NCBI GenBank assembly: GCA_951406725.2
Contig: OX597815.1
Location: 104,594,001 to 104,658,000 of the forward strand
DNA from: Octopus vulgaris
Taxonomy: Eukaryota
Reading direction: 5' to 3'
Length of the DNA: 64,000 bases
Shown here: piece after piece, positions 12,000 through 25,249 of the stretch
How positions within the stretch are numbered: position 1 is the first letter of the stretch
Layout of the letters: every line of letters begins with the position of its first letter
Translations under genes and position numbers: made by a program
The notes under the pieces: generated by a model
Seen by the model: the letters and a program-made list of their open reading frames with translations, nothing else
The model's database searches: none
Told to the model about the DNA's origin: nothing

Positions 12000-12960
12000 A
12001 ATTTTAAGAGTGTTTTATTAGATAAGGAAAAGCAATGGATCAATAATTCATTATGCTTATTAATTAGATTTACATTTGAGAGTTTCTAACACTGCTACTG
12101 AACAGAAATTAAAGCTACCCTTACCCATTTTGTATGGAAGCGCATACCTATAACCCATGAAAATGAGTAATTGATATTTTTCTCCTTAAAGTCCCAGATG
12201 AATTTAGCCAATGTGGTGTTCTATGCACGTTTTAAATATATACTTAAATGAGTGTATGTGATTATGCATCTAACTTTGATTTAGGATGCAGTTGCTCTTA
12301 TGTAATAATAGACTTTATACAACGTTTTAGCAGAGTATTTATACATTAAATTATACCTAATAAATAAATTATTTAATGGACATTTATCATGAATCCTACA
12401 GTTACACATACTATTGTGTTTGTTATCAGAGGAAACCTTATTAATTTTATTAATGCTATTGTTTTTAATGTGATGTGATACTGCAGTATTATTATCATAT
12501 TTATACTGGACAGAGACATTTGCCATTTGAATAATTAAAAGTACATTTGTTATTACTAATAGCATTTGAATCTTTTTACTGTAAATTGTTGTTATATTAT
12601 TTGTTAGATTAGATGTAGTCGAATGCATAAATTTCAAGGTATGTCTTTTGAATATATTACTATATCTACTAGAAGGGGAAAGTTGCTTACCCAATGCTCT
12701 AGAAATATTTCAAGGATATCCATGACTATATGAATAAACAATTTGATAAAGATATGTAATACCATTATCTTCATTCTTTTGTTTGTTTGTTGTTATACAT
12801 TGCACTGTATACACCAGCTGGTTACTTGATAAATTTCCTCAGATTGACAGTTTGTATAGGACAGTGGATTCAATGAATATGAATTCTGCTTCTCATTTTT
12901 ATACATTGTTAGCCAGGAGGTATCTATCCAGATTTCCTAAATCACTCCTTTCTCTCACTA
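12000..12960 (-). mobile_element. Penelope-like element GIY-YIG endonuclease relic
   Basis: IFKRHTLKFMHSTTSNL, CNCRIHDKCPL, YYYIRATAS, HNHIHSF, TTLAKFIWDFKEK and LINKHNELL follow the PLE linker/GIY-YIG motif order. Stops and frameshifts are present. Confidence 0.85.
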
Positions 12961-13526
12961 CACATGTATGAATGTATGTATGCATGTACGTATGTATATG
13001 TGTGTGTGCACGCATGCATGTGTATGTGCATGTGTGTGCATGTGCATGTGAGTGAGTGTGTATGTGTGTGTGTGTGCGTGTGTGCGCACGCATCTATGAG
13101 TATATACCCACATTTTGAGATAAATAACTGAAGAAGAAATCTGGCAGAATCTAAATTATCTATTTAATTAGTTTAGGGAGTGGTTACCTGTACTTTCATA
13201 TCAACAATATATATGTTGATATATATTGTGTCAGTCTGCAGCCATCATTATAAATAGCTGATAAGACACAGATTGGGTGTGGTAAGATATGAGATGAAAA
13301 AAAACTTCAAGCAAAAACTAATTTAATTAAGTTTAAAGGTAAAAATTTATTTGAATAGATATTATCTATCATCTTCCCTTGATTGGATCATACATTATCT
13401 CTTCCAGAATTTACATATTTATATATTATTTCCTCATGCACAAAGCATACATGTATATATGAGCATACAAATTCACACACAACCACATACATAAAATTTC
13501 ACACACAATGCACACATACATGCACA

Positions 13527-13563
<37 letters not shown>

Positions 13564-13792
13564 GCTCACACAAACATTATGTTAGCTAGTACATGGCCTA
13601 CTCATTTGATCAGTTGTTGTGTGTGCTAAAGTTTGCAATACATGTAATGAATACTCTAAAATTGTCGTATATGATTTAGTTTTTCACAGTAAATGACTGT
13701 ATATTTTGGAGTGGATTGCAATTCTGTGTTTGATCTGGTGCTTGAGTATGCATATGAGGGACATTTAAGCTCAGAATCAGCTGAACAAGCAG

Positions 13793-13845
13793 TCCTTACT
13801 GAAGAGGCTACGGAAATAGCTGAAACTGAACGTTCAGTCTAAGGA
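13793..13845 (+). ncRNA. Minimal type I hammerhead ribozyme
   Basis: TCCTTA-CTGAAGA-GGCTA(cggaaa)TAGCT-GAAA-CTGAACGTTCAG-TC-TAAGGA. Stem I is 6 bp, the core is intact, stem II is 5 bp closed by G-U, stem III is palindromic, and the GUC triplet is at 13837-13839. Confidence 0.88.
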
Positions 13846-13897
13846 ATTCTCAAGTCAGTGTTTTTGGAAAATTACACAGCCCCTATGAACATATACA

Positions 13898-13961
<64 letters not shown>

Positions 13962-14390
13962 TATATATATACATACATACACACATTTATGTGCTTTTCC
14001 TTCAGCATTAGAGCATTTTAGCTCTTATTTCTAGCAATATAGGTGTCTTGTCACCTTTAGTCATGTTTAGTGACAATTATATTTTTTCCTTATGGTAACA
14101 CATTCCACATGGCTGTTTATAATAATTTATTCACACGCACACACACACTCACACACACACGCACTCACACACACACTCACACACACACACTGATATACAC
14201 ATATGACATTACAAGAATAATGTCAACAGTAACTTTGACGTTTTAGCCTGCTAGGGTTTTTCTATCCGAAATGATTTTTAACCAATATGTATGCACTATT
14301 ATCTATAGCTTTATTTGCTTTGAGATCTACTTTTGTTGGTTTTTTTGATTTTGCTTCCTGTCTCTGTCGGTCTGTCTCTCACTCTGTCTC

Positions 14391-14435
<45 letters not shown>

Positions 14436-14482
14436 ACACGCATATGTGCATGTGTGTGTGCGTGTGCATGTGTGCATGTGTT

Positions 14483-14514
<32 letters not shown>

Positions 14515-14984
14515 TGTGTGTGTGTATTCCTGTATATACATATACTGTATAGCAAAGGGTCAAGAATGCAAATGTCTAATATTAGCTTATGAAAGTTAAT
14601 TTTAAAACTTAGTATTACAGAAGATTAATGAACAAAAGTAGATTCAGTTCACCAGATTAAAGATCTTCCATCCCAGTCCTGGTTCACATATTTGAGATCA
14701 TAGAATGCCTTAGAAATGATGGTATGTAGACTGATTACAAGCAAGAAAGATACTGATCATCCAAGGTATATACCATCCAGAAACTAAATCTGCAGTTATA
14801 AGATGAAAAAAGGAATTAATATCTCAACTTAAATTCATTCAAACAACCTTGATACACTATGATGAAAAAAAGATTCAAACTTCTACCAATAAATCATGAT
14901 ATATACATCAGTCAATGGCTGAATGGTCATGTCTTGGTCAGAGAGTCACATATAGAAGATTATCAATTGTTTGTTTGAAAACTA

Positions 14985-15555
14985 TTGTTGTTGCTGTTTA
15001 ACCCCAATTTAATTGGAGAGGCTTATGATGAAAGGCAGTCTACCCATGATTAGCATATCTTTTTGCAGAACTACATCATCCAATATATCATTCCTCATAT
15101 AATTTGAAGAAGATTTAGCTGCCAATTTTTGTAGCTTGAACAGTTATTTTGTTGGTTTGGGTAAGGAAAGTGCAGCTTTTGAAAATAAAATAATCTCAGA
15201 GCAACTGTACTAAACTAATACATGGCCAAAAAGATTATCCTCACAATTATCTTTGAATATATCAAAGACCTGAAATATGGACTTTCTCATCCTTTTACAA
15301 TGAAAGCATACAGAAAAAGAAGATGATCTTATTACTGTTAAATGTTCCAGTACAAGCTAAATCTGCTAAAGACAGGAGCTAAAGGTTTCTTAAATAATAG
15401 CCTTCCATCTTGAAAAAGGAAAGGATTCATTGGATATTGTAGATCTAAATACACAATGTCCAAAATAAAGATGGAATAACATTGCTAAAATACTTTTGAT
15501 GATAAGTTTGCTGGATCACATCTTAGTCATGGATAGATAATAATAACAACAATGA
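14985..15555. mobile_element. Two oppositely oriented degraded copies of a (TTG)n-ended short interspersed repeat
   Basis: Shared motifs tatgat(c/g)aaagg, acatcatccaat and gattt(g/a)gctgc. Further copies at ~28440-28640(-), 42275-42470(+), 54125-54340(+) and 55660-55820(+). Confidence 0.6.
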
Positions 15556-16125
15556 TAGCAATTTAATATTGTTTATCAGTGGCTAAATACTGCTGATGAG
15601 TTATACATTACTTTTATTCAGTACCTGGCTAGATCTGCACAGCTTGTTTTATCTCAAGGCCATAATTACTACAAACTGACAAAAAGAACAGGATCATAAC
15701 ATATATCTCTCTTCTAAGATGTCAATTTTACTGATTGGCATCAAAAGTAAGTTGCACACTTACTGATAAACTAATTAAAAGATGTAGGTGAGAAGCTCAT
15801 TACTGATTCAGAAATATGTAGTCTTCGTATCTCCCCCAACCCATACCAAATTAGGTTATTGGAATCTAATGAGAAAGTACAAAAACATAGTCATGTTCTC
15901 ATTAATATAATTTCTCTTTGTCTTATATTGCTTTGTAAAGATAATTTCTAACATTACAAAAATCCGCATATTTTGGATTGGAAGAGGCAATATCAATGTT
16001 ATTTAATTCAACTAGGACCTATTTTATTAATTCCAAAGGAATGACAGGTGAAGTAAATGTGAGGGATAGATTAGAAATCAAACTATAAGAGACTAAATCT
16101 AAATAATAATAATAATTATAATAAT

Positions 16126-16257
16126 GAGCTCACCATGTCATGCACATATGGTTGTGATGCATGTGCCTAGTGTACCATTATCAGATGGGTAGTCATGATT
16201 GGGTTTTGTATATTTGTACCTGTGTCACTTTGATGGCATGCACTGCTCTCTCACTCA
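16126..16257 (+). mobile_element. 5'-truncated copy of the ~550-bp TAA-bounded element
   Basis: Ends gtcactttgatggcatgcactgctctctcactca-(ATA)n like the full copies. Confidence 0.9.
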
Positions 16258-16344
16258 ATAATAATAATAATAATATTAATAATAATAATAATGATAATAA
16301 TAATAATGATAATGATGAGGATGATGATGATGATAATGATAAGT

Positions 16345-16530
16345 GTTTCTAATTTAGGCACAAGGTTAGCAAATTTGATGGAAGGGTTAAGTTGACCTGA
16401 GTACTTGACTGATACTTTATTTTGTTGACCTTGAAATGATGTAAAGAAAAGATGACCTTTGAGAAATTTTGAACTCTGAACATAATCATAAGAAATACTG
16501 CAAGCTCTATTCTGGGGCTCTAAAAATTCA
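16345..16530 (-). mobile_element. Degraded tRNA-derived SINE
   Basis: ggcacaagg...agtacttgactgatactttatt...tttgaactctgaac matches the other SINE copies. Confidence 0.7.
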
Positions 16531-16691
16531 AATAGAATAGTTATTGTGATGACAGTACTATATTATCTTGACTAGCAAGTGACTAAATGAAAATAGGAAA
16601 TGGAAAGTTATGATATCCGTGTCTTTCCCAATGAGGTTATCAGTCATTGAAACGGTTCAATGCAAGAAATACCATATTATCAAGAACTTAC

Positions 16692-16757
16692 CTCTAATTT
16701 TTGCCATATGAAACACAATTAAGATAACAAAGACGTTTTCTCTTTCATTAAAAATTC
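16692..16757 (-). other. Candidate 66-nt exon
   Basis: Minus strand ttcttcag|GAATTTTTAATG...AAAATTAGAG|gtaagt. One open frame (IFNERENVFVILIVFHMAKIR); no recognised homology. Confidence 0.2.
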
Positions 16758-17102
16758 CTGAAGAACTAAAGAATTTTAAAGTGAAATGTTTTGTTTAAGA
16801 AATAAATAAATATATACCCCCTCCAAGTCTGAAAGATGCTCTCAATTTGAAAAACAACAAACAGACATTTGTCATAGGTGTTTTTGTTTCTTTCTTTTTA
16901 AAGTATATTTGGCAGGTATATTGATTTCCTACATCCATACAAAACAGTAGATACATGCAGAGGGGACAGTAGAAATAGTTTTACAGGCGAACACTGCTGG
17001 TTAATTTGCAAGCTTGGGTAGATAGTTGAAACCAATTTACGCACAACATTGAGGGTAGTTCATCTAACTAGGGTACAGGGTACAGGGTAGGAACACATAC
17101 TT

Positions 17103-17288
17103 GGAGGAGGAGGAGGAGGAGGAGAAGAAGAAGAAGAAGAAGAAGAAGAAGAAGAAGAAGAAGAAGAAGAAGAAGAAAGCTGTGTTTTCAAATAGAATAT
17201 GTAAGTTTTGATTAACCAAATTTATTGTTCTTTTTAAGATAAATAACATTGGAGAGTTTTATTTTTGATATTCCAAATGAGGAAGAAG

Positions 17289-17348
<60 letters not shown>
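17103..17348. repeat. (GGA)n(AGA)n and (GA)n polypurine microsatellites
   Basis: Read directly from the sequence. Confidence 0.97.
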
Positions 17349-17351
<3 letters not shown>

Positions 17352-17809
17352 TGGATGCTTGAGGTGTAATCAAGAATATATTTGATGAGATAGATGGCAG
17401 AGGTAGATGAGAATCTGAAAGTAAGAATCATTAGTTGATTGTTTTATGTTGATTGTTAGAAGTTAATTTTAAATCATTTTCTTTTTTCTATTGTTTTTTT
17501 CTTTTGTTTTCTGAATTTTGCTTTGTTTTCTTTCCAAAATATAATTTATGCTAAAGAGACAATTGATAGTTGTAATGAAGGGATTCACTTTTAATTATCA
17601 AAAAATCCCCTTTTCAGATAAAATTTAGAAATAGTATGCAATAAATAAGAATGGTCTTGGAAAAGATAATAATGAACTTGAAATAAAAATTCTTGTTTGG
17701 AAAAAATTTTTAAAATTGATTAGGAAACAAAACGAAAGCAAATAGTTTTATCAGAAATGAGATGCAATATAAAAGATGATATATAGTCAGTAAGAAGAGT
17801 TATTAAATT

Positions 17810-18200
17810 GTATATAACCATGGTAATGATAAAATGTATTACTATGGTGGTAGTGATATGCTACTGTGATAATGATAAGTAAATATATCACCAAGGTAAC
17901 ATAATACATTGGTAGTAGTAACATATTACTATAGTGAGGAAAGTAATGTATTTAAGCATGGTAATGGCAATATATTTTGTAGATAACCATAGGTAATATA
18001 TTACCTTAGTTATAGGTAAACCATGGTACAATAATATATTATCATGACAGTATTTAGTTATGTATAAATCATATAGCATTAAATAAAATATAAACCACAG
18101 TTAAATTAATTAGCAAGGTTATATTTACAAATAGTGATTGTAACACTAATCATTATATACCATGGTAACATTGATTAATATATTGCCATGGAAAGTAATA
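17810..18200. repeat. Degenerate minisatellite, ~20-27 bp unit with ACCATGGTAA core
   Basis: Recurring accatggtaa / actatggtgg / accaaggtaa / gcatggtaa / gccatggaaa followed by atatatt. Confidence 0.6.
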
Positions 18201-18548
18201 TATTAAGATGTCAAAGGAAGATATGCAAAACAAACCATGTTGGCAGTTTAAAGCAAATGAATTGACAAAGTAAATATCTAAATTTAGAGAAGTATATCTT
18301 ATTGACATCAGTACTCTTTCAATGGATAGTAGGTGTGCTATATTTAGTTATTATTATATCATTATAGTAAAGACAGAAGAAGTAATGATACTACTGGCAG
18401 TAAAATATTCGATAAGCAAAAAAATTATACATAATTGCAATAGCTTTATTGATATCTAATGAAATATATGTTTATGATAAATGTTTGGAGAATAGTGATA
18501 ACTTTACGAGTGTTAGCTATTTAGAATTCATAGAGGGAGAATGTAAAG

Positions 18549-18743
<195 letters not shown>

Positions 18744-19089
18744 TAGATACTATATAGATGGCTGTTGACCCTCTTGAGTTCATTCACCTTTTGACAGGTT
18801 TTTTTTTTACATTCTGCATGTTGTCCAAAAAGAAAAGAAGAAAAACACAAACACAAACAGCACCTTCCTCAGTAAGTGTGCTTAGCTTGTTTAGTTGTCA
18901 ATGGCTTGATGATGCTCAGATTATATGACATTGAGTGATTACCAGTTTCTCATGCTGACATTTCCCATTGCAATGTCAAGTGTTTTTTCCCTGCACTCAA
19001 AAATAAGAGGATACTGTTGTTACATATAACAGAAGGGTAGAGGAAGATGTATTTCACTGAGAATGTTGTTACAAAGGCAGAAAATGAGA

Positions 19090-19860
<771 letters not shown>

Positions 19861-19889
19861 ATAATGATGATGATGATGATGATAATGAT

Positions 19890-20320
19890 GATTTCAAACA
19901 TTGGCACAAGGCCAGCAATTTCAGGAGTGGGGTGAGGGTAATTCGATTACATCGGTCTCAGTGTTCAACTGATACTTATTTTATCAACCCCGAAGGAATG
20001 AAAGGTAAAGTTGACCTAAACAGAATTTGAACTCAGAAAGAAAAGACAGATGAAATACCACTAAGCATTTCACCCGGTGTGCTAACAATTCTGCCAGCTT
20101 GAATGGTTTCAAATTTTGGCACAAGGCCAGCAATTTTGGGGAGTGAGGAAGTTGATAACATTGACCCCAGAACTCAACAGGAACTTTATTTTTATTGACC
20201 CTAAAAGGATGAAAGGCAAAGTCAATCATGGCAGAATTTGAACTCAGAATGTAAAGCTGGATAAAATGCTGCTGAGCATTTTGCTTGGCCTGCTAATGAT
20301 TCTGCCTGCTCACCCCCTTA
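19890..20320 (-). mobile_element. Two tandem tRNA-derived SINEs (octopus-type)
   Basis: Reverse complement of ctggcagaa..gttagca...ttctgagttcaaatt (B-box-like)...actttgcctttcatcctt..gggtc.ataaa core...gccttgtgcc. Confidence 0.9.
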
Positions 20321-20362
20321 GTAATAATAATAATAACAATAAAAATAACAATAATAATGATT

Positions 20363-20733
20363 TCATGTATTTGCCACAAGTGTGAAGGATGAGGGGGACA
20401 ATACAGAGACAGACAGAAAGTGTGGGGGTTTACATATAATGAAATGACAAAAAAAAGTAAGTATACATAGTATACATTGAAAAAGAAGGGACATACGCAT
20501 AATAAGCAAAGATAAAAAAAAATGATAAGGAGGATGATAGAGATGTGGCCCTCCTGATACAGGAAGATGTCTAGGGATAATCAAGGAACTCCACTATCCG
20601 AGATTTCCCTGGAACCCTAGGAGTAAGTGCCCTCTCCAATTCCTTCTCTCCGACTTACAAGTCTACACTTCAAGAACTACCATCCACTCTTGCCATTTTT
20701 GCAACTTTGACTCACCTTTCAATAAACTTGCAA
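20363..20733 (-). mobile_element. 3' end of a Tx1/L1-like LINE
   Basis: Minus strand CKFIER*VKVAKMARVDG is homologous to SKLVERWIRVVRIG at 60.2-60.3 kb, followed by a T-rich 3' UTR. Confidence 0.6.
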
Positions 20734-20754
20734 TAATAATAATGACAATAATAG

Positions 20755-20888
20755 TCCTTTCTATTATAGGAACAAGGCCTGAAATTTTGAGGGAGGAGGT
20801 TAGTTGATTACATTGACCCCAGTACTTGACTGGTACTTATTCTATCAATCTCGAGAGGATGAAAGGCAAAGCTGACCTGGGCAGAATA
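20755..20888 (-). mobile_element. Partial tRNA-derived SINE
   Basis: cctttctattatagg...aggatgaaaggcaaag. Confidence 0.85.
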
Positions 20889-20901
20889 ATAATAATAATA
20901 A

Positions 20902-21430
20902 CTCTGATGCAGTACCAGGTACTGGCTTTCATAGCTTCTCATCTTAGCTGATTGGAAATGTTATTGTGTACATTGTTTTGTCTTGGTATAAAAGACGGGC
21001 TACAGCTAATATTCTGCTCAATACCACAGATTTGCTTGTTAGTTGTTTAACCGTAACCAGTTGAGCATGTCACTTAGTGGCTGACAATATGTGCATCTCT
21101 GATCATGAGCAGATGTAGTGGGGGAGCACCATAGCCATGTGTTGAGGGTTTGGATAATTTACTTTTGGAAACATGGGTGTTTCATTCCACACCCTTAAAC
21201 AATCCTCATTCAGGGACCTTTTGAGCAAGGTGGGCAGAAAAAAGTTCTAACTGGACCCCACCTGTAAGGTCATGCACTGTTTATCTTGATATGAGGTCAC
21301 CATGTTGCGCAGATATGGTTGTGATACATGTGCCTGGTGTATCCTTATCAGACGGGTAGTCATGAGTATACTGGACTTTGAATATCTTACCCCAGTGTCA
21401 CTTTGATGGCATGCACTGCTCTCTCATTCA
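20902..21430 (+). mobile_element. Full-length ~550-bp non-autonomous element bounded by (TAA)n
   Basis: ctctgatgcagtaccagg...cactgctctctcattca; five homologous copies in the window. Confidence 0.92.
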
Positions 21431-21434
21431 ATAA

Positions 21435-22880
21435 TAATAGAAAGAACATGTATGATAATCAACATAGCATACCCTGGTGGCAACAGGATCAAAGAGAGAA
21501 GAAGAAAAAATAAACGGCCATGACAATTTGAAGTGGGTAATACAAAGGTTATGGTCAATGAGGAGAGTAGATGTGACACCAATAGTAATTGGTGCACTTG
21601 AAATTATCAGCTGACAACTACCAACATGACCATAAAAGATTGGTATGAGTGTAAGGTAGAACACTTACAAAAATCAGCATTGCTTGTAACAGCAAGAATT
21701 CTTTGTAGGGTTCTTGAATTCTTGGCAGAATTTAAACTCAGAAGCTAAAGATGGAAAAAATGCTACAAAGCATTTTGTCAGGCATATTAACAACCCCAGT
21801 GTTTAACTGGTACCTGTTTATATAAAAACAAAGCAAGTACCTGTTTATATAAAAACAAAGCAATGACAACAACAAACAAAATAATAATAAGTGACAATAA
21901 CAGAAATCTGGCAATAGTTAAACTCTAAACAAACATAAATTGGGTCTATGGAATGCCATAATAAAACGATAAGAAATGTCCTTACATGACCAATACTGGA
22001 AAAGGCTGAATAAAGTGGAAATAGAAAAAGAAAACCCCAGCACTAATCAAAAACAATGGGACATGAAGCAGTGACTGAAGAATTCTTCATTGTAGCAAAG
22101 AACCAAAGCCTTCCTGACAAAAATTACCAAGTTCATATTATAAAGCAAAATAAATTAAATAACAGCAGAATATGAAGAGATGATAAGAGGGTAAAAGGTA
22201 AAGACTCGCTTTGGTCATGAATGACCATGGGATTGCACCTAGAAAGTTCCCCTCCAAGGCACAAGTCTGGACAAGGCAGTTTATGGAAGACCAGTAGTTG
22301 CCCATGCATACCAGCCTCCCCTCTCTATACCACTGATGTTATCCACAGGAAAGGCAAATGCTGATACAGCTTAACACCAGTGATGTTGCAACTCATTTCT
22401 ACAACTGAGTGAACTGGAACAACATGAAATAAAGTGTCTTGGTCATGGACACAATGTATAGCCCAGTCCAGGAATCAAACTACTACCTCATGATTGTGAG
22501 CCCAATACTTTACACGCATCTTCAGGTGATGAAAAAACAAATAGCCACATAATTTCTGAAAGTCTCGGCCAGGAAAGAATACACCCACATGACAGAATTG
22601 GGATTTACATACAGAGGGAGTTATGTTAGTATTATGAAATACCATGAGAAAAGAGTTACTATAGCTATGCACCAAAAAAGGTCTTCAATAATGACAAAGC
22701 AACTATAGTCATATACCAATATCCACAGATTGGAAGATAAAAACTAATCAAATAGATATTGTTATCAAAGGCCACCAAGAAAAGAAATGTGACCTAATCC
22801 ATATATCAGTCCTAACTAGAGACAGAGAAAACTACCTTCAAGTAAAGATGTTAAAAAATAAAAATAACCAGAATGTGAAG
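21435..22880 (+). mobile_element. R4/Dong-like fragments interrupted by SINEs
   Basis: CMIINIAYPG...QKSALLVTARILCRVLE (21440-21720); EEFFIVAKNQSLPDKNYQVHIIK (~22075-22145); RLE remnants at 22600-22880. Confidence 0.7.
22192..22515 (-). mobile_element. tRNA-derived SINE, second family
   Basis: Minus strand has a tRNA-like head (gtttgattcctgg) followed by ttgtgtccatgaccaagacactttatttc. A homolog lies at 43205-43335(+). Confidence 0.8.
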
Positions 22881-22884
22881 ATAA

Positions 22885-22972
22885 TTGCCAAAGGTGCTGT
22901 ACAGTGGGACTGAACCCAAAGCCATGAGGCTGTGATGTAAACTTAACTACACAACCATAGCTGTGCCTATGT

Positions 22973-23051
<79 letters not shown>

Positions 23052-23070
23052 TGTGTGTGTGTATGTGAGA
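22885..23070 (-). mobile_element. 5' head of a third tRNA-derived SINE plus (GT)n
   Basis: Reverse complement of ataggcacagctatggttgtgtag...tgggttcagtcccactg (B-box). Confidence 0.7.
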
Positions 23071-23243
23071 AAAGTGCCCAGAGATCAGTAGTAGAAGTAG
23101 TAGTAGTAGTTTCCGGTATAATTTAAATTCAAAAATTTAGAGCACCCATATATAGGATGGTGACCATGACATCTGTGTTCAAGTACTCAGAATGCATGTC
23201 TAGAAGTTGTCGAAAAGTTCAGTAAAAGCATAAAAATTCTATT

Positions 23244-23570
23244 CATCATCATCATCATCATCATCATTTAACGTCCTCCTTCCAGATTGGCATGGGTTGA
23301 ATGACTTTACAGAAGCTGGTCAGGCAGGAGCCTCTGCCATGCTTCTGTGTCTGTTTTGGCATGATATTTATATGGCTGGATGCCCTTCCTAACACCAACC
23401 ACTCCACAGAGTAGGCTGAGTGCTTTTTACATAGCACTCACACAGGTGCAGTCAGTTTTGGCAGGGTTTTTACAGCTGGATGCCCTTTCAGATGCCAACC
23501 ACTTTACAGTGTGGACTGGGTGCTTTTTAAGTGACACCTGCACTGGTAGGACCACCAAGTAACTTTGCAA
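23244..23570 (-). mobile_element. RTE-related 3' tail element
   Basis: (cat)n-ttaacgtcc...gcatgggttg and a duplicated ctggatgccctt(c/t)c...ccaaccact module, as at 1128-1360. Confidence 0.7.
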
Positions 23571-23659
23571 AACAAGGAATCTTTGAGAGGGGAGGGGGCA
23601 TTAGAAAGGGTGATCTTGTGTCAATTGAAGGAAGGTAAAATTGTGACAGAGAGACTGAA

Positions 23660-23990
23660 ACAAATGTCTCGCTGCAGAGAAGGTACATGGTTACCTAGCC
23701 AAAGAGAGGGAGAGAGAGAAAGGAAGAGAGTGAGAGGGAGAGAAAGAGAGTGAGAGAAAGAGAGCAAAAGTTAACAAAAATGAGGACAGAAACAGGTGTG
23801 ATGCTGAAGAGGAGGGACATGATTACCCAGAGGGGGAGGATGAGTTAACAAGAAAGAGGTGTGCTGCTGTAAAGGAGGTACATGGTTATCTAGCCAGAGG
23901 TAAGAACAAAAGAAGGAGGGAGAGAGAGTGATCAAGAATGAGGTTTGTTGCTGCAGAGGAGATACATGATTACTCAGCCAGAGGGAAGAG
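23660..23990. repeat. Four ~42-bp repeats separated by purine-rich spacers
   Basis: aggtgtg.tgctg.agaggag.tacatg.ttac..agccagag at ~23665, 23793, 23858 and 23941. Confidence 0.75.
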
Positions 23991-25249
23991 TGAGGGAAGG
24001 AAAGAAAGAGTAGGAGACAGCAAGAGCAGGAGAGGGATGATGGTAAGTGCCAGGGTATATTGCAAGGAACAGGGATCAGGACATAGATGAGATGGTAGAG
24101 TAAGGAAGAGAGAGAGAGAGATGAATGGTGGCAGGTGTTGGCAGGGTATTGCCAAGAAGTCACAAGTAGAGGGTGGGGGTTGGGAATGCTGGGAGGGGTG
24201 AGAATCTGGGTATAGAGGAGATGCTAATGTGATCATGACTCAGATATTTCATAGCTCCATCTTCTACTTAGAATGTATAATTCTAATTTGTTCAGATGCA
24301 CCCTTCCTCACATAACTGCATTAAGTTTCTATATTGAGAATGGTTTATGACTTTGGATCAATGCTTAAGTCTCTTAGGTAAGCCTTAAGAATGACCCTGT
24401 AGTGCCTGTGCAGGCCAACAACTGAACTTTTCTCTCATAATTAATTTGTTGTAGAGAAAACGTTTATGTGGTCAATAAAATTATATACCACTATTTTATG
24501 ATTAACAATGATTTTATGATTTCAAGCTATGTTGAAATATCTAATTATTGAGCAAATGATAAGTTCACTTATTTACTTAAAGAAAATCATTTTTTATTTT
24601 GACTATTTCACATCCCTAACCACCTTTAATTGCATTCAAGAAAACAATTATTAGAATAATTATTGGTTATCTATTGAATAATACTTTAGTTACTAGATAA
24701 GTTTCTTTTTAGAATAATTCTTTTTTGTAATTAAAATATGATTAAAGACCTAACAAATAAAAGACTATTATCAGCATTATCATTATTAATATTTCATACT
24801 ATAATTTCAAAATGAATTTCTTTCCAAGAAATCTACCATTATCTTCATTGCCACTGTAGTCATCATCATTATCAATGATATTTTTCCATGTCTGCATGGC
24901 TTAGACAGATTTGCAGTGTAGTGAGCATTCATCTCACTCCATTAATTCTGAGAGCTATTATTTTTTATTCTTAAACCTCTACTTACCACAACTTCCCACC
25001 ATTCTAGCTACTGGTATCTCAAAAATTACCACATTACACTTTTTTCACTCAGCAGGCATCACCATCCAATCATATAATTTGTCTCTCACTTTTAACAACT
25101 AGCTGACTTGTTCTCAGATTTTCATAGAGTCCCCACCAGCCATCATACTATTTTTCACCTTACTAAATATTCAATCAAAATCTGCAGCCTCTATTGTTGT
25201 TTGATTTCACTAGATATAGCCCTCCAACTATTTTAATCATACATCATAT

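Noticed and set aside
21810-21863. 27-bp direct repeat as a target-site duplication
   Set aside because: The copies are adjacent with no intervening element; it is a simple tandem duplication.
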